Shown: positions 1 to 11,510 of the stretch, one piece after another
Numbering within the stretch: position 1 is the first letter of the stretch
Layout: each line of letters begins with the position of its first letter
Assembly (NCBI RefSeq): GCF_018977255.1
Contig: NW_024704742.1
Coordinates: 90,706,001 to 90,770,000, forward strand
Reading direction: 5' to 3'
From: Callorhinchus milii
Lineage: Eukaryota
Length of the DNA stretch: 64,000 bases
Translations under genes and position numbers: made by a program
Notes under the pieces: generated by a model
Databases searched by the model: none
What the model saw: the letters and a program-made list of their open reading frames with translations, nothing else
Told to the model about the DNA's origin: nothing

Positions 1-560
1 CCAATTGGAGGGGTAAGTGAAGGGACTGATGGGAGAGGAAGGAGCGAAGCTGGGAAGCAACAACTTGTTCCAGGACCTTGGAGGGGAAAGGGAGCTTGGA
101 GATAGGGCGGCAGTTTGAGAGTAGAGATGGGTCCAGTGAGGGTTTTTTTAAGGATAGGAGTGACGACAGTGGTTTTTAATGGGATGGGAACAGTACCAGT
201 GGACAGAGAGAGGTTTATGATGTCTGTGAGTAGAGGGACAAGGAGGTGGAGCTGGGAGGTAAGGAGAGGGGTAGGGATGGAGTCAAGGAGCAGGTGGTCG
301 GTTTCATGCGTATTATAGTGGTGGTAAGAGAGGAGTGGGAGACAGCTTCGAAGGTGTGGAGGGAGGGATGGGTAGAGGCTGGGGTGGGAGGAGGAGATGG
401 GGAGGGTGTAGCACATGGAATGGCAGAGGCAGCTGAGCGAATCCCTTCGACCTTGGATTCAAGGAAATCCAGCATGGCCTCACAACTGGCTTTTGAGGTG
501 AGAATGGACAGAGGAGCGTGTTGGTGATGGAGAAGAGGAGCCTGGGGTTGTCCTTGGCTC
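1..560 (-). mobile_element. L2 LINE ORF2 fragment (between endonuclease and RT), running off the window start
   Basis: Reverse complement aligns to 1260-1840 of the plus-strand L2; ORF 215-562 reads MLDFLESKVEGIRSA...KPTTCSL. Confidence 0.9.
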
Positions 561-3060
561 AAAATTCTCCTCCTCTACCGGCCCCCTAAAACCTCTCCCA
601 CCTTCATCTCCGATATTTCTACCCTCCTAACATCTCTCTGCCTCTGCTCTGATCGCCTCATCATCCTGGGCGACTTCAACCTGCACTTCACCCCCTTCTG
701 CCTGCTCCATCTCCTCGGACTTCTCCTCCCTCCTCTCCTCGCTCAACCTCTCCCTCCACATCAACTCCGCCACTCACATTCACGGCCACCCATTTGATTT
801 GTTGATCACCCAGGGCCTCAATGTCTCGGATGTCACCATTACCGACAAGGCCGTCTCTGATCACCACTTCATCTCCTTCACCACGTCCACCAGACCCACC
901 ACCATCTTCTACCGCCCCTGGAAGAAGTTACCTCCACAATCCCTAACCGCTGTCTTGGAGTCCTCTGAACTCCTCTCCCTCTGGCCTTCATCCCTCACTG
1001 ACCCCTCTTCTGCTCTCACCCTCCTCCACAACACCCTCTCCTCCACACTTGACACTCTTGCCCCCATCACCTCCCGTACTGTCGTTCCTCCCCCTGGTTC
1101 ACCACCCACCTCCGCTCACTGAAGAGCCAGGTGCGGGCCGCTGAACGCACCTGCCTCAAATCTGGCCTAATGGTCCACTGGCAAATCTGGCTGGACCTCC
1201 TCAAAAATCTACCGCTCCACTCTAGCCTCGGCCAAGTCGTCCTTCTACTCCAGGATAATCCTGGAGGGGAAGAACAACCCCAGGCTTCTGTTCTCCACCA
1301 CATCCCGACTCCTCCGTCCTCCCCGCCACCCCTTGCAGGTCATCTCCTCCAACCTTCACTGCGAGGAGATGCTGGATTTCCTTGAATCCAAAATCAAGGG
1401 AATCCGCTCCGCGGTCACTGCCCCTCCAACTTCCATCCACCCACCACCCCTTCCCTCCCACACTTCGACTCCTACCCATCCTCCCCTACACACCCTTGAA
1501 CCCGTTTCCCCACCCTCTGTCACCAAACTCATCCTGTCACTGAAACCCACCACCTGCTCCCTGGACCCCATCCCCACTCCACTCCTTATCTCCCAGCTCC
1601 ACCTCCTTGCCCCACTTCTCACAGACACTATTAACCTGTCCCTCTCCTCTGGCTCTGTTCCCATTCCCCTCAAAACTGCCACCATCACTCCCACATTGAA
1701 AAAATCCTCCCTTGATGCTTCGTAGCTATCAAGCTACCGGCCCATCTCCAACCTCCCCTTCCTGTCCAAGGTTCTCGAAAGAGTTGTCGCCTCCCAGCTG
1801 CGCTTTTTCCTCTCCACCCATTCACTTTTCGAACCCCTCCAGTCGGGTTTCCGTGCTGCTGATAGCACGGAAACCGCCCTGGTCAAGGTCACCAATGACA
1901 TCTTGACCATCTGCGACCAGGGCTCCCTCTGCCTCCTCGTCCTCCTCGACCTATCGGCCACATTCGATACGGTCGACCACTCTATCCTCCTCCACCGCTT
2001 GTCCTCCCACCTCAACCTTCAAGGCCCTGTGCTTGAGTGGTTTAGGTCTTACCTTTCCCACCGTCTTCATTTTGTCTCTGCAAACGGCTTTCCCTCCAGC
2101 CCCCGCACTGTCTCGTGCGGTGTCCCTCAGGGCTCTGTCCTCGGTCCCCTCCTCTTCACCCTCTATATGCTCCCCCTTGGTGACATCATCCGCAGACATG
2201 GGGTTAACTTCCACATGTATGCGGATGACACCCAACTCTACCTTTCCTCCTCTACCCTCAACTCCACGACCACCGATGTCCTGACAGCTGCCTGTCCGAC
2301 ATCGAGTCCTGGACGAGAGACAACTTTCTCCAGCTCAACGTGTGCAAAACTGAGGCCCTCCTGATTGGCTCACGTCAGCGCCTCCGCACCTCAGGCGCTG
2401 ACACCATCAGCATCCAAGGCTGCACTCTCCACCTCTCAAAGCCAGTCAGGAACCTCGGGGTTCTGTTCGACCCTGAGCTGTCCTTTCTTCCCCACATCCG
2501 CGCCACAGCTGGCACCGCCTTCCATCACCTCCGGAACATCGCCAGACTACGGCACTACCTCACCCCTCACGCTGCTGAAACTCTGGTCCACGCCTTTATC
2601 ACCTCAAGGCTGGACTATGGGAACTCTCTCCTCGCCGGCCTTCCCGGCACCTCCCTCCACAAGCTGCAGGTCATTCAGAACTCTGCAGCTCGTGTACTGT
2701 CCCGCACCAGGCTTCGGGACCACATCACTCCCACCCTCGCTCGCCTCCACTGGCTTTCCATCCCCCAGAGGATCGAATTCAAGATCCTCATCCTCACCTA
2801 CAAGGCCATTCATGGCCTTGCTCCCTCCTACCTCTCCGACCTACTATCCCCCCACGTATCTGCCCGTACCCTTCGTTCCTCTGGCTCCAGTCTGCTCCAC
2901 ATCCCCCGCCCCAACCGCCCTACCATCGGTGGCCGGGCTTTCAGCTTCTCAGCCCCCAGGCTCTGGAACTCCATCCCCCAGTGCCTTCGCCGCCTCCTCC
3001 CTTTCCTCCTTCAAGGCCGGTCTCAAGACCTTTCTCTTTGACTGCCTTCAGCTCCCCTCT
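558..3060 (+). pseudogene. Disrupted L2 ORF2 (APE endonuclease plus reverse transcriptase)
   Basis: Homology is split over ORFs 799-1122, 1333-1725, 1903-2364 and 2340-3041 by a stop (TAG at 1723) and frameshifts. Confidence 0.92.
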
Positions 3061-3213
3061 CGACTCTCTACCCCCTCCTCGCTCCCTCCCTTCCCTCCCC
3101 TCACCCTGACCATTTCCCCCCTGCTCGGGTCCCGACCCAACTGTCCAGCGCCTTGGGATGTCCTCCCGACCTGAAAGGTGCTCTATACATGCAATCTTGT
3201 TGTTGTTGTTGTT
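558..3213 (+). mobile_element. 5'-truncated L2 LINE with 3' stem-loop and (GTT)n tail
   Basis: Endonuclease motifs LLYRPP, ILGDFN and SDH; RT motifs [23 protein letters not shown] and YADD; C-terminal SRLDY and LHWL; tail at 3197-3213. Confidence 0.95.
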
Positions 3214-3224
3214 ATACTCTTAGA

Positions 3225-3590
3225 ATTCACAATCCTTGGTCTCACGTTCAAACCCCCAGTGAATAAACAAAACATCAACAACATCCTGTGGAGGTGGAGG
3301 GAGCACCAGCCTGTTTCATATCCCCTTCTCTATCGGCAACCAGTGGCAGACGGACTGTCAGTCATTCTATCTCTGCTCTCTGGACTCAATCCCGGAATTC
3401 CTCCAATTTCCACTCTCCTTCACCTTGTACAACGTTTGTCTCAAGACGTACTTCTTTGACCGCGCTTTTGGTCATCTTTCCCCTCCACCTCTTCAACACC
3501 CTTCCCCAGCTTGGGTCCCCAGCCAAGAATGTTAAGTGGTTTGAGACATCCTTGTGACGGAAAAAGCTCTATATAAATGTAAATGGTGTA
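3225..3590 (+). mobile_element. Old, degraded L2 3' end
   Basis: ctcaagacgtacttctttgaccgcgctttt and tail gtttgagacatcc...ctatataaatgtaaat resemble the L2 terminus. Confidence 0.65.
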
Positions 3591-4259
3591 TAATTGCATT
3601 ACATTATAACTGACCAGAATTTAATGATAATTAATTCTTGCATTTGATATAATGTTTTAACAAGTAATTGAAACATCTAAGCACTTCACAGGAATTATTG
3701 GAAAGTGTGGTGACTTTGTATTTGTTTAAGCAGAACATTTTTCTTGATCCAGGTACTAATAGACACAAGGAACAGGTTAATAAACACCTTAAATTTTATT
3801 CCTTTGTTGCTAAGTTTTGTAATGTTTTAGCTTTTCGATTGTTGAGTTTTGCCCCTGAAATGAGCATCTTAAATATCATCAGATCTAAAATATCGGGAAC
3901 TAAGGAATTCCAACTTTTTGTGCCCCACAATCATCCCTCAGAATGTTGTGCGCTGCTTCTGATCACCAAGGACATCACATGAATGTTATCTCCTGTTTAT
4001 ACTGCTTGAAGCAAAGAGATGTCACAGGATGCTTGATGTCTCACAGTATTGGCTTGTGGAGAGTTCTACATGATTTCTATTGTAATTTTAATAATAAGTG
4101 GTGCTGTAAAAGTTCTTGGACTTCCAATGGATTTGTACCCACTGCATTTACAGCACACCAAGATAATGGATTCAAACTGTACATCAAGTACTTAAGCTAA
4201 CAGTCCAGGCTTTCACTACAGTGCAGAATTGTGACGCTGTATTGAAGTTAAGTCAATTA

Positions 4260-4420
4260 TGTCATTTGAAACGGAATTAGATAGACCCATGAAAGATAAA
4301 TAAATAGCTATGGGAAAGGAACGGGGAAATGGGATTAAAGTAAAAGGAGAATAGTACAGCACAGCATGAAAAAGTAGATCGAATGGATTCTATTTGTTCT
4401 GATATTTCCATGACTCTAAA
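4260..4420 (+). mobile_element. Degraded CR1 LINE 3' end
   Basis: tttgaaacggaattagatag...gctatgggaaagga...gaatggatt resembles the CR1 end at 39230-39492. Confidence 0.5.
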
Positions 4421-4614
4421 ACTGATCCTAGTGGTTATTATGAATTGGGGATAATGGGAATTCGGCTGGGGAACAAATACTGGAGGTAAATTACAGATTT
4501 CTAGTAGAAAAAGGAATTCTTTAGCAAGTCTGGTTTAACGTACAAGATAGAAGTCAAGGTAATGTGAGTTATCTGTGAACGAATTGCACAGGCAGGAGAA
4601 CCAGTGTGCTACAT

Positions 4615-5850
4615 CCAACGACAAAATTACATTTGTATAGCATCTTACACATCGGGAGGACATCCCAAGGCACTGGACAGTCAGTGTTTCGGATGATATC
4701 ACTAAGAGGGAGCATATAGATATTGAAAAGGATGGGACAAGGATAGAACCCTGAGGAACTCCACACAAGATGGTGTGGGGGCTAGAGAAGAAGCTGTTTG
4801 TGGAGATGAAGTGGAGACAGTGTGAGAGGTAGGATCGCAACCATTCTGAACCACGAAGGTTGAGCTAAGAGGAGAGGATAGAGTGGTCAATGGTATCGAA
4901 GGCAGTAGAGAGGTCAAGGAGGACGAGGGGGCAGAGGGAGCCCTGAAGCTGGGAAGCAACAACTCATTCTAGGACATTGAAAAGGAAAGGGAGGTTGGAG
5001 ATGGGGCAGTAGTTTGAGACCAGGGATGGATCCAGGGAGGGCTTTTTTTAAGGATAGGAGTGATGATGGACGTTTTTAAAGGGATGGGAATGGTGCCAGT
5101 GGACAGGGAGAGGATTATGATGCTTGTAAGTAGGGGGGAAAGGAGGTGGAGCTGGGAGGTAAGGAGAGGGGTAGGGATGGAGTCAAGGAGCAGGTGGTCG
5201 GTTTCATGTGTGTTATAGTGGTGGTAAGAGAGGAGTGGGAGACAGCTTCGAAGGTGTGGAGGGAGGGATGGGTAGAGGCTGGGGTGGGAGGAGGAGATGG
5301 GGAGGGGCTAGTGGTCACAAGGCCAGACGCAGCTGAGCGGATCCCCTCGACATTGGTTTCAAGGAAGCATCTCCTTGCATTTGGCATTAGAGAAGAGGAT
5401 GGGTGAGGAGTGAGAGGGTGGGTAGAGGAGCTGTTTGGTGTTTGAGAAGAGGAGCCTGGCGTTGTCCTTGGCCTCCAAGATGACTTGGAGTAGAAGGATG
5501 ATTTAGCGGAAGCAAGGGCAGAGCTGTAAGATCTGAAGGTCCAGCCAGATCTGCCGATGGACTGTTAAGTTGGATTTGAGCCAGGTGCGTTCAACGGCAC
5601 ACATCTGAGCTGTAAGGGAACAGAGGTGGCTGGTGTACCAGGGTGACTTCTGTGAGTAGGAGAAGGTTTGGGAGCAAGGGCATCGAGAGTGGTGGAGAAG
5701 AAGTTGTGAAGGAGAGTGACTGAGAAGGATAGGTCATTACGAGAGGAAGCCCAGAGTGGGAGGAGTTCAGATGATTCCAAGGCAGTGGGAAGGGTGGGGG
5801 TGAGGAGATTTTTTTCCAGGAGCGGTAGGAGATGGAGGTGCGTTGGGTGG
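4615..5850 (-). mobile_element. L2 LINE with two internal deletions
   Basis: Minus strand reads GVPQGSIL and KPTTCSL, then jumps from the RT region directly to the terminal actgtccagtgccttgggatgtcctcccga tail. Confidence 0.9.
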
Positions 5851-6586
5851 CATTCACTGCTAATTTGTAGAATTCATAGACAGACACAATGTTGACATAT
5901 AGCTGCAGCAGTGCTTGTGTTTCTGGCACAAAGATGGAGATCTGGCGTAAGCATTAGTAACTTACGTGCTGCTGCTCTTCCCATATTCTGTGGTGGACTG
6001 ACATCTAGGCCACATCTTTTTAATGTTATGGTGGAGACTCCAGCATTCAGAAGGTTATCCTCATCAAGACCACTGATCTGCATGGATCACATCTGCATTG
6101 AGTCCTAGATCAGAGATGCTTGTGTTTGACAGCCTGCCAGATCTTACCATGATATTTTATTGCTAGACAAATAAATCCTTTGGAGACTGATGAGGTTGCT
6201 AACTGTGACAAGTAGGTCTGAGACTAATTGAGGAGTTCCACTCTTCTACCAGCATCTTCGTTTCAGACATCTTCACCATTTGTTTAGTCCTGTACTTTTC
6301 ATTCCTCACTCAGTCCATCTTAACATTTGTTGATGTGCCTTCTCTCTTGGCTTCAAATCCTTTTAAAACATATTTATCTTTTTGAATGTGCCTTTGGTCA
6401 ACATTATCTCTCTCTTTCCATGTCCAAACATCTTTGTGTAACACATCTTTGTAAGTCATTCATTCTATGTCAAAGGCTCTATTTTTGTACAAGTTGTTGC
6501 CGCTTGCTCCAGCATGGATAAATTGTGATTGCTAACAACAACACCTTGCATTTATATTGCACTCCTCACACAGGGTAGTGTTCCAA

Positions 6587-6895
6587 AATAATAATATTGC
6601 ATTTGATATTGCGCTTTTCACGTCGGGAGGACGTCCCAAAGCGCTTCACAGAACACACTGTAAAGTGAATTGACTGTATATTTGTGGGCGAACGCGGCAG
6701 CCAATTGCGCACAGCAATGTCCCACAAACAGTCGTAGATTGAAAATGACCAATTTATTATTGTTTTTGGTTTTGGAGGGATTATTATTAGGCGTGTGGAG
6801 TAAGGAAACTTGCCCAAGGTTTCGCCCTGCCTGGAATTGAACTGAGGTCTCTCGCTTGCAAAGCGAGTGCTCTAACCACTGAGCTACAGGACTCC
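6587..6895 (-). mobile_element. Young tRNA-derived SINE, short (about 310 bp) form
   Basis: Head ggagtcctgtagctcagtggttagagc with A box, B box gttcaattcc and TGC anticodon arm; Deu-like core; L2-like tail and (TAT)n. Near-identical to 19049-19365 and 36359-36679. Confidence 0.93.
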
Positions 6896-7529
6896 ACACT
6901 AAGCTCATCACTTTGAGTAGGAAGATAGGTACCATCACTTTGGTCTTTGCAGAGGGGGGGAGATGTGCTGACCAATTATGTCATTTCCAAGCCTGCATTA
7001 TGGATTAACACATTTGATAAAGCACCTTCCACATTGGAAGGACATCTCAAGTGTTTCACAGGATATAGTGCAGTGGTTGTGCATTTTGAGGCGCATCCAC
7101 TGTGAATAAGTGCTGTCATCAGCGAAGAGAACAATGTTGTTCTCTTTGCTGGAGAAAGGTGGAGTCTTTCTCCAGTTATTCTGATGTACATTCCCCTTTT
7201 CATCCGAAATTTAAATTAATATGTTGCTCAGCACATGGGATGTCCTCCCGACATGAAAGGCATTTTACAAATGTAATTTTGTATTGTATTATTTTTTATG
7301 GTATGTTGTTGGTGCAGATTTGCTGTTGTGTTTGCTTATATAAAAACAATCACTTCACTTTTAACCAATTATAGTTTGTAAAGTACTTTGAGACATTTGT
7401 TTTGCATGCAAAGCATTATATAAATACAAGTTGTTGTTTTCTTTAATTTTACTTGAATATTTTCCTAATTTTTCTTTTCCACTGTTCCCTTTGTCCTTCA
7501 ATTTTGTATTTCTATTTTGTTTCCATTGA

Positions 7530-8245
7530 GGAGTCCTGTAGCTTGGTGGTTAGAGCATTTACCTCGGAAGAGGATCTGGGTTTGATTTCCAGGCAATGTG
7601 AAACGTTGGGCAAGTTTCCTTACTCCACAAGCATCTGTTTACCTCGCAGTAAGTAGGAACCTGGTTGTTAGTCAATTGGCAGATCGCTTTTCCAGGGCTA
7701 ATAATCCCTTCAAAAAGATAAAATAATTTGGTCACTCAATCCACGACTGTTTGTGAGACACTGCTGTGCGCAATTGGCTGCTGTGTGTCGCCTATAAAAT
7801 ATACAGTAATTCACTTCACAGTATATTCTGTGAAGTGCTTTGAGATGTCTTGAATCCCTTCACTCTCTGGTACCTCTCTAACTCTCCGACCTCCTCACTC
7901 CCCATTCCACCACCCAGCGTCTTCCGCTTGACTGGCACCGCTGCTCGTCTTTCGCACCCTCTGCTCCACCATTGGAGGTCGCACTTTAAGCCATGAAACT
8001 CTGAAACACTTTCCCTCAATCCGCCTTGCCTCCTCTCTCCCCTTTATCAAGTCCCCCCCAAAAATCTTCTTCTTCGACCGTGCTGACGGTCACCTCCCCC
8101 CTCCCCAGCTCAGTCAGGTTCAGCTCCGCCACTTTTAAGCACTCTGAGATGCTGCCATGCGTGGAGGGTGCTATGTAAGTGCAAGTTGTTGTTGTTGTCT
8201 CAAAGACGTGATAAGACATTATCAAATGCAAGGATTATTATTATC
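7530..8245 (+). mobile_element. tRNA-derived SINE, long form, interrupted by an L2 3' fragment at about 7855-8196
   Basis: The SINE stops at gagatgtcttgaa (7854) and resumes at gtctcaaagacgtgataag (8197); the insert ends in gcaag(ttg)n. Confidence 0.8.
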
Positions 8246-8929
8246 AATTATTGCTTTATCATTTTGATTTTTCTCTCCATATCTCAATCTCTCCCCCCTT
8301 TATTCTGCACTGCTTCTTTTTTCCAGTTTCGTTTTGATCAAGTTTCTCACTGCCTTAATTTTTTGTTTCCATTCCATTCCTCTCTGTTGCATTTCCTTTT
8401 CTTACTGCCTTCTTTTTTTCCTCACTGAATATGTTCTTGTTCATTTTTAAACTCTTAAAAAAGAAATGTTTTTGGTGATACCTTTATTCTTGAGCCGAGC
8501 CATCAGCCCCATTTTCTTCCCAAATCCATTTGACTTGTTCCTTCTCTCCTTGCATTCAGAACACTCTTTAAAATCTATTTAGCTTTACCTTTGGTGAACA
8601 CCCTTAACATCTCTTTGTTCTCCTCACTGCTTGTTGTTCTCTATTACCTCTGTGAAGCATTATTGGATGTTCAACCTACCATATAAATTCATGTTGCTGT
8701 TTTGCTTCTCGTTCCTTTGTAATTGAATGTTCCTGCTCCCATTTCTCATTTTCTCTTTTTACTTTTCTAGAATGTGTTTATATCTTGAAGTGGTATTTAT
8801 TATTCTCCTTACAATTTTTTTTCTTTGCTGCCCTATCTGTTACATTTGTTTTCCTCTTTGTTGGGTCTTACTATGTAATTATGTTGTTGCCTTTCTTCTG
8901 TTCAATTATTTTGGGGGGATAGATATTGT

Positions 8930-9200
8930 CCCATTTGCCTGAACAGGTGAATGATAAAGATCCCATAGCACTATTCGAAGATAAGGAATTATCTCCCGGG
9001 GTCCTGACAAACACTTTTATCCCTCATGTGAAACTGGTCATTCACTTCAAGACTGTTTGTGGGACATTGTGGTGTGCAAATTGATTGCTGTGTTCTCCTA
9101 CAAAATACAGTCACTGCACTTTACAGTATATCCTGTGATCTGGTTTGAGATGTCCTTCCAATTTGAAAGTTGTAATATCAAATGCAAGGATTGTTGTTAC
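8930..9200 (+). mobile_element. DeuSINE-type SINE, 3' part
   Basis: aaagatcccatagcactattcgaaga...gtttgtgggacattgtggtgtgcaaattg, matching 43075-43520. Confidence 0.75.
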
Positions 9201-9549
9201 AAAGGTAAATGCAAATAGTATTACCTATTGCCTCTGGTTACTTTGCCCTTCTTCTCTCCCCTGTTCCGTGTCCGCTCCCATCTCTGTAATGCATTCGGAG
9301 ACATTATACAACGTGAAGGTCATTATACAGATGCAAGTTGTTATTGTTGTTGAGTGGGTCTGTATATGGAGAAATTATTAACTGTACTGCAGATGTGAGT
9401 GTGTCGAAATATGGAGCCAACTCCTAGGAAACCCACTGATCTACCTCCCCCTTCCCCCAGTGTAAGGCATGCAATATGATGAAATGTAGGGTTTGTGTGT
9501 GAGTGTGCAATGTAGAGTTGTAGAGTGCATTTAATGAATGGTGCACTTT

Positions 9550-10100
9550 CTGTGTGTGTCTGTGTGTATGAGTGCGTGACTGTGTTTAAGTGACTGTATG
9601 TGTGAGACGGTGTGCGTCTGTGAATGTATCAATGTAAGTGAGTGTGGGTGGATGTGTGTGTGGATGAGTACAAGTGAATGTGTGTTTGAGTGTATGACTG
9701 AATATGTATGTGTGTGAGTGTGTCAGAGTGAATGTGTGTGATCGTGTGTGTGTGAGTGTGTCTGAGTGAATGTGTGTGATCGTGTGTGAGTGAGTGTGTC
9801 AGAGTGAATGTGTGTGATCGTGTGTGTGTGAGTGTGTCAGAGTGAATGTGTGTGATCGTGTGTGAGTGAGTGTGTCTGAGTGAATGTGCGGGACAGTGTA
9901 CGAGTGTGTGTGAGTGTTTGAGTGGGTGTATGAGAGTGTGAGACAGTGTGTGTGAGAGTGTGTGAGTGAGTGAGTGAGTGAGTGAGAGAGACAGAGTGTG
10001 TGTATGAGTGTGAGACTGAGTGTGAGTTAGAGACAGAGTGTGAGTGAGTTGCAGACAGTGTGTGTAAGAGTGTGTGAGTGTGAGAGACAGAGTGGGTGTA
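9550..10100. repeat. GT/GA-rich compound microsatellite with an embedded 38-bp minisatellite (9721-9888)
   Basis: Unit tgtc(a/t)gagtgaatgtgtgtgatcgtgtgtg(t/a)gtgagtg starts at 9721, 9759, 9797, 9835 and 9873 (partial). Confidence 0.9.
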
Positions 10101-10175
10101 AGGAGTGCATGTGGTGGAGCAGTGCTGTTTGCTCAGGGCAGAGATTTGGCTTCGTGTCACATCCAGATGTGACTT

Positions 10176-10249
10176 TCCTCCCCCTCCTCCCCCCCTCCTC
10201 CCCCTCCCCCCCTCCCCCCTCCTCCCCCCCTCTCCCCCCCTCTCCCTCC
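10176..10249 (-). other. Homopurine/homopyrimidine tract, G-quadruplex or triplex-forming
   Basis: More than 70 nt of only C and T on the plus strand, giving many G-runs of 4 or more with short loops on the minus strand. Confidence 0.7.
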
Positions 10250-10446
10250 ACAGATCTGTACCGTGACGGAAAAGGCAAGTCAGAGAGACAGAGTGAGAGG
10301 GTGTGTGATGAGAAGAAGACGCCCCTCGTCACTTTAGGGCACTTTACTTTCCTCTAATTCCGACGACGAACATTTAAAACCTCTTTTTAGCGCTTGAGTG
10401 GCTTTAGCAGAGTAAGCATTTAGCAGAGCTGTGGAGGGAGCCCAGG

Positions 10447-10474
10447 CTGACTGACTGACTGACTGACTGACTGA
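10447..10474. repeat. (CTGA)7 microsatellite
   Basis: Read directly from the sequence. Confidence 0.95.
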
Positions 10475-10603
10475 GCTTTGCTGGCACCAAATTCTCCCCT
10501 TTTTTTCCTGCTTAAATGACAGTGGGAGCAGAGTGCTTGCAGTCAGCCTCTCAGATCCACCTCCATCTCTCCGCTTGACTGCAGTGAAATAAAAAAAAGG
10601 CGA

Positions 10604-10910
10604 TCCCCCCCCCCCCCCCCCCCCCATCCAGAGACACAGAGAGACACACACACACACACACACATAGTGCGACACAGACAGAGAGCGACACACACACACA
10701 CAGACACATAGAGCCACACGAAGAGGCATAGAGACACTCAGAGACATAGACACACACACAGACATAGAGACGCAGACATAGATACACACTCACAGAGACA
10801 TAGAGAGACATAGACACACAGAGACAGAGACACACAGAGAGAGAGAGAGAGAGAGATCGCACAGACCTTTAGTACCAGGTCAGGGCATTAAACAACCAGC
10901 CCCGAGGAGC

Positions 10911-10941
<31 letters not shown>

Positions 10942-11111
10942 GGAGAGAAAACAAACAAAAACTAAACACAAGACAGGAGATTGAGAGAGAAAGACAAGAA
11001 GGGAAAAGTCTCTTGCTTGTTGAATCGTCAGATCTTTCCTTTATTGCCAGCAAGTTGTGTCAGCGATTTGTAGTGTATATATATATATATATATCTTCAA
11101 TATATACTGCA

Positions 11112-11149
<38 letters not shown>

Positions 11150-11510
11150 ATCCCGCATCTGTCCAGAAACTCGAGAGATCAGACTGAAAACTTTTTTATA
11201 TATATATATAAAAACCTCTCTCTGCTAAAAAAAAGTCGTCTCTTCTCCAGCCAGTGGCTGACTGGCGAAAAAGAAAAAGCCCTCCTCCACAGTCCTGCAC
11301 TGCACTACCTACCCCCAGCACCACTGAAACCAAAGGTCTGCGGAAACACCATGCAGAAATGGTAACTATTCCACCTTTTATTTTGTTTCCTCGAATTACC
11401 GATCGGGCTTTTCCAGAAAGGGGGAAAGACACAGAGAGAGAGAGAGAGAGAGAAGGAGTGAGTGAGTGAGTGAGAGAGTGAGTGAGAAAGAAAGAGAGAG
11501 AGAGAGAGAG
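10604..11510. repeat. Cluster of poly-C, (CA)n, (GA)n, (TA)n and (CT)n microsatellites
   Basis: Read directly: 10604-10625, 10630-10935, 11075-11210 and 11430-11510. Confidence 0.9.
11351..11361 (+). CDS. Candidate micro coding first exon (ATG CAG AAA TG, or a terminal ATG only)
   Basis: ggaaacaccATGCAGAAATG|gtaact; no downstream partner exon was identified. Confidence 0.3.

Larger units (their letters stand above)
10100..11361 (+). promoter_or_regulatory. Putative promoter, 5' UTR and first exon of an unidentified large gene
   Basis: Free of transposons and richer in CpG; E-box cagatg at 10164; C/T tract; GA and CA repeats; Kozak-like caccATG at 11351 and donor ATG|gtaact at 11361/11362. 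Confidence 0.5.

Noticed and set aside
2365-3174. 269-aa Ser/Pro-rich ORF and antisense ORFs over the L2 copies
   Set aside because: Alternative frames of C-rich L2 sequence that is poor in stop codons.
6825-6895. tRNA-Ala(TGC) gene, also at about 19295-19365 and 36359-36425
   Set aside because: No proper acceptor stem, and the sequence continues into SINE body, so these are SINE heads.
9837-10862. ORFs rich in His/Thr or Cys/Val
   Set aside because: Translations of dinucleotide microsatellites.
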